This document shows, piece after piece, positions 7,902 through 15,068 of a stretch of DNA of 15,907 nt. Where the stretch lies: assembly GCF_003334335.1 (NCBI RefSeq), contig NZ_QOWQ01000058.1; one strand, 5' to 3'. The notes beneath the pieces were generated by a model that saw only the letters and a program-made list of their open reading frames with translations, searched no databases and was not told the DNA's origin. Positions within the stretch are counted from its first letter, which is position 1. Every line of letters starts with the position of its first letter. The position numbers and the translations under genes were made by a program. Source of the stretch: Escherichia coli. GTDB lineage: Bacteria > Pseudomonadota > Gammaproteobacteria > Enterobacterales > Enterobacteriaceae.

Positions 7902-9262
7902 TTTCGCAGTATCCCCCTGAACATCGCCTTCACCGCATCACGCTCTGTTTCGCTTATGGCCTTATTACCGTCAGACGCGCCCTCCTGGCGTGTGCCTGAC
8001 GACGTTTTCCCGGAAGACGCGAACGGATCCTCACGGGCATCACGACGGGACAGCGCCTCCAGACTGTAGTTCTGCTGCTGAAGATACAGTGCATCGCCTC
8101 CTGCCAGGGGCGGCAGATTCTCACGTTTACGGGCCTCATTGGGCGTGAGAAGCGTATTTTTCACCGCATCCCCCAGCGTTTTCATGCGACGTTCGCTGTC
8201 CATTCTCAGCAGCGTGGTGACGTCAAACTCCGTGCTCTCGTTTTCCCCTGTTTCCAGCGCCTCATCCAGTAACAGCTCAATGGACTCAATCAGCGTCTGC
8301 AGACACTGGGAATAATACTGCTGCTCCAGCGCCTCCACGTTGTCACTGGAAGGCGGTTGTCCCACACCAATCTTGTAGGCCGGGACACGGAACACCGAAC
8401 AGACAATTTCAGCCGTCATTTTCAGCTGTTCCACCGTCTGCGCATCCACCGGTGAAAACGTCGTGGGGTTATATTTCGCCCCGTTGCTCAGGATCGCCGT
8501 TTTCCCCGCATTTTCGCCGGTATACCCGCTGTCCCAGTTGCTCTTCAGTTTTTTCGCATTTTCTTCCGTTATACTGCCGGGGATCTCAATCACCCCGGAC
8601 GGCCTGCCGCCATTTCTGAAAAAAGACGTTGAATTTGCCTGAATATGATGCCCCTGCGTGGCAGCCAGCCCGGCAGCATACACCGGCGGCAGCCCCACAA
8701 GCGGATGAAAAAAACAGTTAAACCGGTCGTGGATCACTTCCCTGGCAGGCACCGTCACCGCCTCCGTGATCCCGCAGTTCCGGTCCGGTGTAATGCGATA
8801 GAACACCTCGCCGTCATCCGCCACCAGAGGTTCAACCCGGCTCCAGTCCAGAATACGCAGTTCTTTGATCTGCCCCCGGGAGTTACGGATTTTCAGCACC
8901 ACCGTATTGCCGTGACGCAGTTTGGCGTTCAGCCACAGTTCAAAAAACTGGATACGATTCTGCTGTGCATTGGGACGACGACAGAGACGGGCAATATCCC
9001 CCCGGCGCGTTTCCCTGCGTATCCCATGCGCATCCGTCTGCATAAGACGCAGCCGCATTTTGGCGATATCCTGGGATATCAGCGAAATACATGCAAACAC
9101 CGCATGAAAGGAGAGGACGGCTTCAGGATCGGCTTTCACGCCCTGCTGCCAGGCGCCGGAAAAGGGCTCAGCCACCGCCTGAAACAGGCTGGTCCAGCCC
9201 ACCTCTTTTACATCACGTCCTGATTTCTGGTTTTTTCGGGTTCGCCGCAAAAGGTTCCACAT
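7898..9262 (-). CDS. portal protein (HK97 family)
   Basis: 454-aa ORF with several features typical of Phage_portal (HK97-type) proteins: SF.AVFACISLISQDIAKM.L.L, RPN..Q....F.E.W...L..GN, FF.NGGRPSGV..., GENAGK.AIL..GAKY, DAQ..E...... and FRVP. Confidence 0.9.
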   Translation of the reverse strand: MWNLLRRTRKNQKSGRDVKEVGWTSLFQAVAEPFSGAWQQGVKADPEAVLSFHAVFACISLISQDIAKMRLRLMQTDAHGIRRETRRGDIARLCRRPNAQQNRIQFFELWLNAKLRHGNTVVLKIRNSRGQIKELRILDWSRVEPLVADDGEVFYRITPDRNCGITEAVTVPAREVIHDRFNCFFHPLVGLPPVYAAGLAATQGHHIQANSTSFFRNGGRPSGVIEIPGSITEENAKKLKSNWDSGYTGENAGKTAILSNGAKYNPTTFSPVDAQTVEQLKMTAEIVCSVFRVPAYKIGVGQPPSSDNVEALEQQYYSQCLQTLIESIELLLDEALETGENESTEFDVTTLLRMDSERRMKTLGDAVKNTLLTPNEARKRENLPPLAGGDALYLQQQNYSLEALSRRDAREDPFASSGKTSSGTRQEGASDGNKAISETERDAVKAMFRGILRK

Positions 9263-9429
9263 TCGCCATGCTCCGCATCACGTTTCTTTTTCTGACCTGC
9301 CGGACGTCGCACTGTGATGTACTCCGCCTTCCCCAGGCGAACCAGCACCTCCGCACACGGCTGTGCCACATCACGGATATCCCCGGCCCGGGCATCATGC
9401 GTGCCCTGCAGATACTGGATTTTTGCCAT
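9208..9429 (-). CDS. hypothetical small protein between capsid and portal genes
   Basis: 73-aa ORF (MAKIQYLQGTHDARAGDIRDVAQPCAEVLVRLGKAEYI...) that fills the capsid-portal gap. Its 3' end overlaps the portal start by 55 nt, it has no clear SD, and I recognise no homology. Confidence 0.4.
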   Translation of the reverse strand: MAKIQYLQGTHDARAGDIRDVAQPCAEVLVRLGKAEYITVRRPAGQKKKRDAEHGECGTFCGEPEKTRNQDVM

Positions 9430-9473
9430 CAGTTACTGCGGGAAGCTCGCGCCTCCCGCCCTCCTCATCAGAC

Positions 9474-10835
9474 TCAGCCGCCGGACGCAGTTCCGTAGTT
9501 CACACCGGTGATCACCGCCACTGCCGCGGTACGGCGACGACGCCAGTTGATCCAGCGCTCCGCACGGATGGCCACGCTGCCTGTCTGGAACATGGAAACC
9601 AGCTCCACCGGGGACGGCGTGGTACTGTCGCCGGTCGGCTCAGACTGCATTTCCAGTGATGCCTCGCGGGACATATCCACTGCCACGCCGCCGTCATCCG
9701 CCAGATAAATATCCGGGGCATTCACCAGCACCAGCTGGTCACCCACGTACTGGGAGACAATCACCGGCAGCCCCTGGAAGGAGCCACCCAGCAGGGTCAT
9801 GTCCGGGTATTCCTTCTGACCCAGCGCATTTTTACGCATGGACAGTGCCAGGGCATTGGTGCTGGACATCAGCCAGACCGCACCGGTGGGCTGCAGGTTT
9901 GCTGCCACAAACTGTCCAAACGCAGCCTCTGCATCCGCATCCGGGTTACCGGTTGATGCCGTGCCCTTCACATCATGGGTGATGGACGCCGGGGAGACAT
10001 CTGCCACTGCGGCTTTTTTCGGGTCCACAAAGTCTGTATCCAGACGCGCCACCACCGCTTCCGCCAGCGCATTACGGACCAGTGCATCAGCAGCCGGACT
10101 GGAAAAACGGATCAATTCTTCCGTCAGTACCGCAATGGCCGACACTTTCGCATGACTGAAGGTGATGGATTCAAAATCAAACTTCGTCAGGGGTTTTGCC
10201 TTACCCTCACCCACCCAGCCGGCAGCACCGCCGGACACCTGGGCGTGCACACGGATATTGAACGGCACCTGACGAAGTGCAGGGATCCCGCCCTGACCAA
10301 ATCGCCCGATAATGGTCTGCGGACGCAGGTAATCAATAAAGTCCTGTGCGTATTCCTGATATTCAGACAGGCTGCCTGCCCACTGCGGATCCGTGGTGGT
10401 CCCCGCGCCCACTGCCGATTTCAGGACATGATGCAGACGACTGTCATCCGGATACTGACGACGGGCCACTTCCAGGGCTTCAGATCGGACGCCTTTAGCC
10501 GCAGCCAGCGATTTGGCAAAGCGGGCGAAGCCAATCCCCTTATCCAGTTTCTGCTCCACACGGATCACCGGCGCAGAAGCCACCGCGGCCACATTCCCGT
10601 TACCGGCCTGTTTCACCGGCTGCGCCGTGGCGGCCTTACCGGCTTCCAGTTCACGCAGGCGCTTCAGGTGCGCATCCACCTGACGGATTTCCGCTGCGGT
10701 GTTGTCGTAATGCTCTTCCTCCTCCACATCCAGCGTGCGCCCTTCCTCTGCGGCTTTGGTCATGACCTCCTCAAGGGAGGCTGCCAGCGCTGCACGCTTG
10801 TTTTCAAAACTTTTAATCTGTTCGCCAATATTCAT
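9474..10835 (-). CDS. candidate independently initiated major capsid protein (in-frame internal start within the fusion ORF)
   Basis: ATG at 10835 (MNIGEQIKSFENKRAAL...) is preceded by AAGGAAAAGACCATA, an SD-like AAGGA about 10 nt upstream. It sits exactly at the protease/delta-domain boundary, and the 453-aa product would have normal HK97-type capsid size. Confidence 0.45.
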   Translation of the reverse strand: MNIGEQIKSFENKRAALAASLEEVMTKAAEEGRTLDVEEEEHYDNTAAEIRQVDAHLKRLRELEAGKAATAQPVKQAGNGNVAAVASAPVIRVEQKLDKGIGFARFAKSLAAAKGVRSEALEVARRQYPDDSRLHHVLKSAVGAGTTTDPQWAGSLSEYQEYAQDFIDYLRPQTIIGRFGQGGIPALRQVPFNIRVHAQVSGGAAGWVGEGKAKPLTKFDFESITFSHAKVSAIAVLTEELIRFSSPAADALVRNALAEAVVARLDTDFVDPKKAAVADVSPASITHDVKGTASTGNPDADAEAAFGQFVAANLQPTGAVWLMSSTNALALSMRKNALGQKEYPDMTLLGGSFQGLPVIVSQYVGDQLVLVNAPDIYLADDGGVAVDMSREASLEMQSEPTGDSTTPSPVELVSMFQTGSVAIRAERWINWRRRRTAAVAVITGVNYGTASGG

Positions 10836-11411
10836 TATGGTCTTTTCCTTATGAAAAACGGTTGTTGACTGTGCCGCAGCGCCGGCAGAAGATGCGATTT
10901 TCACCACCGGTTTCCGGTTGCCGGACGCGGCAGAAAACGGGCGGTCGTAAGATTTAATGGTCCGGATGGTGCATTCCGCATTCGCGGGCACGGTGACGGC
11001 AGACACCTCCATCAGTTCCCAGCGCATAAAATGCAGTCCGCCTCCGTCCAGAAAGGTGTATTCATGGGGACGGAAGCCCACGGACAGCCCCCTGACCAGC
11101 CCGGTCTTAATGGCCGCCCAGACCTCATCCAGCCGGGCAGCCAGTTGCGACGGCATATCCGGTACGGGCTTCACCAGTGTTGCCGTGATTTCCAGCCCTT
11201 CGCTGACCCGGCGCACCGTACACTGCCCCACCGGGCGGGAATGGTCATGCTGCCAGAGAAACGGGATCGCACTGCCAAACTCCGCGCCCTCCGGCTCCAG
11301 GATGTCACCATCCCGATCCGGAGAAGGCGTTGACGCAATCCCGGTGATCACCCGTTCATCCTCACTGAAGGATTTCACCGTCAGCAGGGAACAGGCCCGT
11401 TTAAGAGTCAC
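9474..11411 (-). CDS. prohead protease - major capsid protein fusion (HK97 family domains)
   Basis: Single 645-aa ORF with a GTG start at 11411, 5 nt after AGGAGG. Residues ~1-165 resemble HK97-type prohead serine protease (ITGIASTPSPDRDGDILEPEGAEF ... GLSVGF ... EVSAVTVPAN). Residues ~193-260 form an acidic coiled coil resembling a delta/scaffold domain. Residues ~270-645 resemble HK97-fold major capsid protein. Confidence 0.85.
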   Translation of the reverse strand: MTLKRACSLLTVKSFSEDERVITGIASTPSPDRDGDILEPEGAEFGSAIPFLWQHDHSRPVGQCTVRRVSEGLEITATLVKPVPDMPSQLAARLDEVWAAIKTGLVRGLSVGFRPHEYTFLDGGGLHFMRWELMEVSAVTVPANAECTIRTIKSYDRPFSAASGNRKPVVKIASSAGAAAQSTTVFHKEKTIMNIGEQIKSFENKRAALAASLEEVMTKAAEEGRTLDVEEEEHYDNTAAEIRQVDAHLKRLRELEAGKAATAQPVKQAGNGNVAAVASAPVIRVEQKLDKGIGFARFAKSLAAAKGVRSEALEVARRQYPDDSRLHHVLKSAVGAGTTTDPQWAGSLSEYQEYAQDFIDYLRPQTIIGRFGQGGIPALRQVPFNIRVHAQVSGGAAGWVGEGKAKPLTKFDFESITFSHAKVSAIAVLTEELIRFSSPAADALVRNALAEAVVARLDTDFVDPKKAAVADVSPASITHDVKGTASTGNPDADAEAAFGQFVAANLQPTGAVWLMSSTNALALSMRKNALGQKEYPDMTLLGGSFQGLPVIVSQYVGDQLVLVNAPDIYLADDGGVAVDMSREASLEMQSEPTGDSTTPSPVELVSMFQTGSVAIRAERWINWRRRRTAAVAVITGVNYGTASGG

Positions 11412-11474
11412 ATCAGCCTCCTGAAAATAAAAAAACCGCCGGAGCAGTTCGTGATGGTTACAGTGTGAACAGGG

Positions 11475-13136
11475 TTATATGAAAAAAACCGCATATTCTT
11501 TCTTTTTCGGTTCCGGGTTAAGGGACATCAGGGAGACCGCATTGAACAGCGCCATCAGCGGGTCAATTTTTCCCCGTCCACTGGTCTGTTTGGTGATAAG
11601 AATGGCGTTACCTTTAGGCTCCACCCGGGCATTGCCGACACACCAGGCCATCAGGGGCTGGTCACCATGCACCAGCACCCCTTCAGCCAGTTTGCGCTCG
11701 GTGGTTTTAATGGCCCCGCCCAGTTTCCAGCCCTGGCTTATCCCCACCACAATTCCGTCGGGGATCCCGGCTTCCGCCAGTGAATCCAGAATCTGCCCCA
11801 CCCCTGACGGGTCAATACCGATATGGTCCAGTAACTCAGCCTCATGAATACGACGCACATACTCCGCCACTTCCGCCGTGTCATCCCCGACACGCCGGAC
11901 AATGGTCATATCTCCACAGGCAACAAGATCCTGAAACCGGGACGCCTCGCTCTTCCGTCGGACCACCGCGGTTTCATGCGCCCAGGCATGGCCCCAGCCC
12001 AGCCATTCGCGGGTCTCCCGGTCACGCCCAATCACATACATCCCCAGCAGATCATCCAGCCCTCCGCCGTCAATCCCCACCGTCACCACATCAGCACGAC
12101 GCAGGATATCGTCCAGGCTGATACAACGGCCCTGCTCTTCCCAGAAATCAGCCCCCGCCCAGCGGTCAGAGCGCAGGGCAAGACCAATTTCCACATTGGC
12201 GTGTTTTGACATGAACCCCCGGAATGTCTCTTCACCGGCTTCCCGGGCTTTACGGTACTCCCGGTACAGAAAGGCCTCATCCACTGAATAGCCGAGATTC
12301 GGATTGACCATGGCGAGGTTTTCCATCAGCAGGTGAGCCCCGCTTTCCACCATTTCAGGAGGGTGTTCAAATATCACCGGCAGAAAGTGCGGATCATGAA
12401 TTTTGCCGTCACGCACATCCCGGGCGTACTGCAGTTTCTGTCTGAACACCCCGGCGGGCGGTTCATTCGACTGGGTGGTCGTATACACCACAAACCCTTC
12501 CGGGCGGGAGGCAAGGCCGCCTATGGCTTCACGTAACATGTCCTCCGCCTTGCACTGCTTGCCAAACAGCCACAACTCATCAATCAGCGTACCCACGGAC
12601 TTGATACCGGACACCGTATTCGGATCGGCTGCCACCACCTTCAGGGTGGTGTCTGTCACCCTGTGGGTGATGGTCCGGATATGGGTCTGTACCTGGCAGA
12701 GGTCATCCAGATCATCGTCACGTCGTACCATATCCCGGGCAGGGTTGAAGGCGTTGGCCGCCACCTCCACAGTCGGGGCCAGAATCGTGTAACCCGCCGC
12801 CTGCCGCCAGTTCAGTAACAGCGCCGTCATCATGATCCCCGCGGCCAGCGTGGACTTCGAGTTTTTCTTGGGGATAAGGATAAAAACTTCCTTGATATGG
12901 CGTACACCGGTCTGCGCATCGTAGGAGCCAAACAGGGCCGCCACCAGGTCAAACACCCACGGTGCACAGGACTCCCCGAACGTAGGGCTACCAGGTGCAT
13001 CCACAATCCGCAGTTGTTTAAAAATCGCCAGGGCATGTGCGGCCTCGTCCGGATAAATCGGATCCGGAATAATCGACAGCCCCTTTTTCAGGCGCTCAGC
13101 CCAGTCCGGGCAGGCTGTGCTCCATACAGGTATCAT
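11475..13136 (-). CDS. terminase large subunit (Terminase_1 / HK97 gp2-like)
   Basis: 553-aa ORF whose start overlaps the terS stop (ATGA). A deviant Walker A (ILIPKKNSKST) follows in the N-terminal ATPase part, and acidic nuclease-type motifs lie in the C-terminal half (VGIDGGGLDDL..., IGIDPSG). Confidence 0.9.
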   Translation of the reverse strand: MIPVWSTACPDWAERLKKGLSIIPDPIYPDEAAHALAIFKQLRIVDAPGSPTFGESCAPWVFDLVAALFGSYDAQTGVRHIKEVFILIPKKNSKSTLAAGIMMTALLLNWRQAAGYTILAPTVEVAANAFNPARDMVRRDDDLDDLCQVQTHIRTITHRVTDTTLKVVAADPNTVSGIKSVGTLIDELWLFGKQCKAEDMLREAIGGLASRPEGFVVYTTTQSNEPPAGVFRQKLQYARDVRDGKIHDPHFLPVIFEHPPEMVESGAHLLMENLAMVNPNLGYSVDEAFLYREYRKAREAGEETFRGFMSKHANVEIGLALRSDRWAGADFWEEQGRCISLDDILRRADVVTVGIDGGGLDDLLGMYVIGRDRETREWLGWGHAWAHETAVVRRKSEASRFQDLVACGDMTIVRRVGDDTAEVAEYVRRIHEAELLDHIGIDPSGVGQILDSLAEAGIPDGIVVGISQGWKLGGAIKTTERKLAEGVLVHGDQPLMAWCVGNARVEPKGNAILITKQTSGRGKIDPLMALFNAVSLMSLNPEPKKKEYAVFFI

Positions 13137-13696
13137 CCGTTGCCCTCATTATCGTTATTCACCACCAGTCGGGGTGGCGGTGGCACCGCAAAACGGTTAG
13201 CCGCTTTTTTCGCGGCATCACCTTTTGCCGATTTTTTCCCGGTATCCCCTTTTTTATGGTGCGTGAACTGCGCCAGACGCCAGGCCGCATCCAGTGCCAG
13301 TTTCGGATCAATGCAGAGGTTTTCCACCAGGATCCGCCCCATGGCTTTCACCGGATCGGGAAGACCATCCTCCATATATTCAATACCAGGAGACATCACC
13401 GCGGACGGTGGCATCTCCGGATTGTTTTCGTCCGGCTGTGGTATTGCAGCCGCCTCACGACGACGGGGTTTATCCTCCTGCTCTGATTTTTTCTGCCGGT
13501 AAACAGGAACCTCATCCACCTCCACCGTCTCGCATTGTTTACGGGCTATAAACGCAAGCACCTCCGGATCTTTTGCCAGCTGCGAGCCTTTAACCCTGGC
13601 GGTCTTCGCCGAATAACCGGCGGCAATGGCTGACGCTGTTTTGTTTTTCCCGGACATGAGCGCCAGCGCAAATTTTCGTTTTTGCGTTGTCAGCAC
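13133..13696 (-). CDS. terminase small subunit (Terminase_2-type N-terminal HTH)
   Basis: 187-aa ORF with a GTG start after GGAGGAGG. The N-terminus KRKFALALMSGKNKTASAIAAGYSAKTARVKGSQLAKDPEV matches the ...F...Y....N...AA..AGYS.KTA...GS.L pattern of Terminase_2 small subunits. It lies immediately upstream of terL. Confidence 0.85.
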   Translation of the reverse strand: MLTTQKRKFALALMSGKNKTASAIAAGYSAKTARVKGSQLAKDPEVLAFIARKQCETVEVDEVPVYRQKKSEQEDKPRRREAAAIPQPDENNPEMPPSAVMSPGIEYMEDGLPDPVKAMGRILVENLCIDPKLALDAAWRLAQFTHHKKGDTGKKSAKGDAAKKAANRFAVPPPPRLVVNNDNEGNG

Positions 13697-13770
13697 AGCC
13701 TCCTCCCGGGTCCAGAACGCACTCAGCCGGGTATGGTTCAGCCCATTTTTCCCGGCGTCTCATGCCGCAA

Positions 13771-13894
13771 ATGTTAACTGCTGCCTGGTTAACATTTTCT
13801 GAAAAAGCCAGTTAACATTTTTTCCGCACAACAAACTGAATAATAAAGATAAAAACCGCAAAAATGCCCGGGCAGCCAGTTAACATGTTAACTG
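13771..13894. promoter_or_regulatory. array of (CA)GTTAACAT sites in the HNH-terS intergenic region; probable terminase recognition (cosB-like) region
   Basis: ATGTTAACTG lies at 13771-13780 and GGTTAACAT at 13787-13795; these two form an inverted pair. GCCAGTTAACAT lies at 13807-13818. GCCAGTTAACATGTTAACTG at 13875-13894 contains a perfect 18-bp palindrome (13877-13894). An A/T-rich tract at 13831-13865 separates the site groups. Confidence 0.45.
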
Positions 13895-13986
13895 CCCTGA
13901 AACGGGAATTTTTTCTCTGCGTGAGAGGGGGCGCGGTGTCCAAAGCGATCGTTTTTTACGCCGGATGATACCCCCCCCGGGTTGGG

Positions 13987-14352
13987 TTACAGTCCGATGA
14001 TGTCGTCCTCTCTGCCACTACCTCCGGACACCTCCGGCAGCGTCGGGTCCGGCATACCACTCGCCGCTTCACGAGCAGACTTTTGTCGATGGCATTCGGC
14101 ACAGAGCGTCCAGAGATTCGTCTCCTCATTACCACCACCGAACTGAAGTGCAATTCGGTGATCGAGTTCACTGTCACAGAGGTCAACCACACGACCACAG
14201 ATACAGCACTGCCCGGCGTCCCTCAGCCAGATATGACGCTTGAGGGAAACACGTGCACTGCCACTGACACGACGCTGCTCCCCCTTCAGAATATTCACCC
14301 GTCGGGTATTCAGTGTTTTGATTCTGCTCTGGAGTGTACGAAGCTCAGCCAT
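13987..14352 (-). CDS. HNH endonuclease (terminase-associated, HK97 gp74-like position)
   Basis: 121-aa ORF with C.IC....-DH...-N-...C..CH (CCICGRVVDLCDSELDHRIALQFGGGNEETNLWTLCAECHRQK), i.e. an HNH/zinc-finger core. It lies just upstream of the intergenic region and terS, as in HNH-dependent cos phages. Confidence 0.9.
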   Translation of the reverse strand: MAELRTLQSRIKTLNTRRVNILKGEQRRVSGSARVSLKRHIWLRDAGQCCICGRVVDLCDSELDHRIALQFGGGNEETNLWTLCAECHRQKSAREAASGMPDPTLPEVSGGSGREDDIIGL

Positions 14353-14393
14353 GTAAAATCCCCGTCATATGGCAATCAGTAAAGGAAATAAAT

Positions 14394-14594
14394 ATGTCAT
14401 CGAAAAACCGGACCCGCAGAACCACAACCCGCAATATCCGTTTCCCCAATCACATAATTGAACAGATCAACATCGCCCTTGAGCATAAAGGGTCCGGTAA
14501 CTTTTCAGCGTGGGTTATTGAAGCCTGCAGGAGAAGGCTGGCAACAGATGCAACGCATCTGCGCCCGGCCAGCATGAAAAATAACGAGAAATGA
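14394..14594 (+). CDS. YlcI/YnfO-like small ribbon-helix-helix protein (DUF3950-type as I recall)
   Basis: ATG at 14394 is preceded by AAAGGAAATAAAT. The 66-aa product is MSSKNRTRRTTTRNIRFPNHIIEQINIALEHKGSGNFSAWVIEACRRRL.... It has a strand-helix-helix pattern like Arc/CopG and closely resembles my recollection of E. coli prophage YnfO/YlcI. It is the only convincing plus-strand gene. Confidence 0.75.
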   Translation: MSSKNRTRRTTTRNIRFPNHIIEQINIALEHKGSGNFSAWVIEACRRRLATDATHLRPASMKNNEK

Positions 14595-14725
14595 ACGTTC
14601 GGTTACAGGAGCAGGTACCCACTGTCCTCCAACAATATTTCATCTTCATATCCGACGGAACAAGACTTACCCTGCCGGGATGTACAGAATAACAACAGAG
14701 TGATAATTAATTTCTGATGAAATAA

Positions 14726-15058
14726 TCAGGGTGCAGAAGGACTAAAGATAAACGTTTTCTTCACGCCTTTACACGGCCTGTCCTTCTCAAATCGCCATTT
14801 TGCCATCGCCTTTACAACCTGCTCATCAAACAAATGGTGCGGCTCTGAACGGATAAACTCAATTCGGGTGACAGTACCATCAGCACCAATATCAAACTTC
14901 ACATCAACCCGTCCCTTTATATAATTTGCCGCTGCATAGGCCGGATATTGTGGTAATGCCTTAACCAACTGTCGGGGCATATCTGTTTTATGTTGCGTAC
15001 AGCCCATAACCAGAGAAGACAACAAAATAATTAACGGAAGATTTCTTTTCATTTTCAT
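14726..15058 (-). CDS. lipoprotein consisting of a TonB C-terminal domain (moron)
   Basis: The N-terminus MKMKRNLPLIILLSSLVMG|CTQHK has a signal peptide and lipobox with Cys+1 and Thr+2. The mature ~90 aa (LPQYPAYAAANYIKGRVDVKFDIGADGTVTRIEFIRSEPHHLFDEQVVKAMAKWRFEK) matches the TonB_C signature P.YP..A....I.G.V.V.F.I..DG.V......S.....FD..V..A...W.F. The gene is visibly more AT-rich than the flanking phage genes. I prefer the ATG at 15058 over the GTG at 15067. Confidence 0.85.
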   Translation of the reverse strand: MKMKRNLPLIILLSSLVMGCTQHKTDMPRQLVKALPQYPAYAAANYIKGRVDVKFDIGADGTVTRIEFIRSEPHHLFDEQVVKAMAKWRFEKDRPCKGVKKTFIFSPSAP

Positions 15059-15068
15059 TCCCGGCACA

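Noticed and set aside
9975-10868. 297-aa plus-strand ORF inside the capsid region; the same applies to ORFs 2557-3264, 11479-11847, 12403-12792 and 12897-13502
   Set aside because: All are antisense shadow ORFs of strongly supported structural or terminase genes, with biased Arg/Pro/Ser/Cys/His composition.
11425-11474. T7 run after terL (GGCGGTTTTTTTATTTTCAGGAGG) as an intrinsic terminator
   Set aside because: I could not find a convincing complementary arm for a stem upstream of the T run. It more likely just forms part of the A/T-rich spacer before the AGGAGG SD of the protease-capsid ORF.
13971-13978. C8/G8 homopolymer just downstream of the HNH stop as a phase-variation tract
   Set aside because: It is non-coding and not between -35/-10 elements that I can identify. 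It is more likely part of the GC-rich cos-proximal sequence, and I only note it inside the cos finding.
13956-14198. 80-aa minus-strand ORF overlapping the HNH gene in another frame
   Set aside because: It is fully nested in or overlapping the well-supported HNH frame, is Arg/Val/Cys-rich, and has no independent signals.
13987-14352. HNH endonuclease as a homing or defence nuclease
   Set aside because: Its small size and its position immediately upstream of the cos region and terS match the terminase-accessory HNH of HK97-like cos phages. There is no intron or intein context and no partner genes.
14334-14393. Upstream extension (MYEAQPCKIPVIWQSVKEIN) of the RHH ORF as listed in the ORF track
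   Set aside because: The extension overlaps the HNH start codon region and lacks an SD. The ATG at 14394 has a good AAAGGA SD and gives the N-terminus (MSSKNRTRR...) I recall for YlcI/YnfO proteins.
15059-15067. GTG start (MPGM...) for the TonB_C lipoprotein
   Set aside because: The ATG at 15058 (or 15052) gives a standard short, positively charged n-region (MKMKRN) for a lipoprotein signal peptide. The GTG has no better SD.
14394-15067. RHH protein plus neighbouring small gene as a toxin-antitoxin or two-gene defence pair
   Set aside because: The two genes are convergent and not co-transcribed. The partner is an exported TonB_C lipoprotein rather than a toxin fold, and no nuclease, kinase or ATPase is present.
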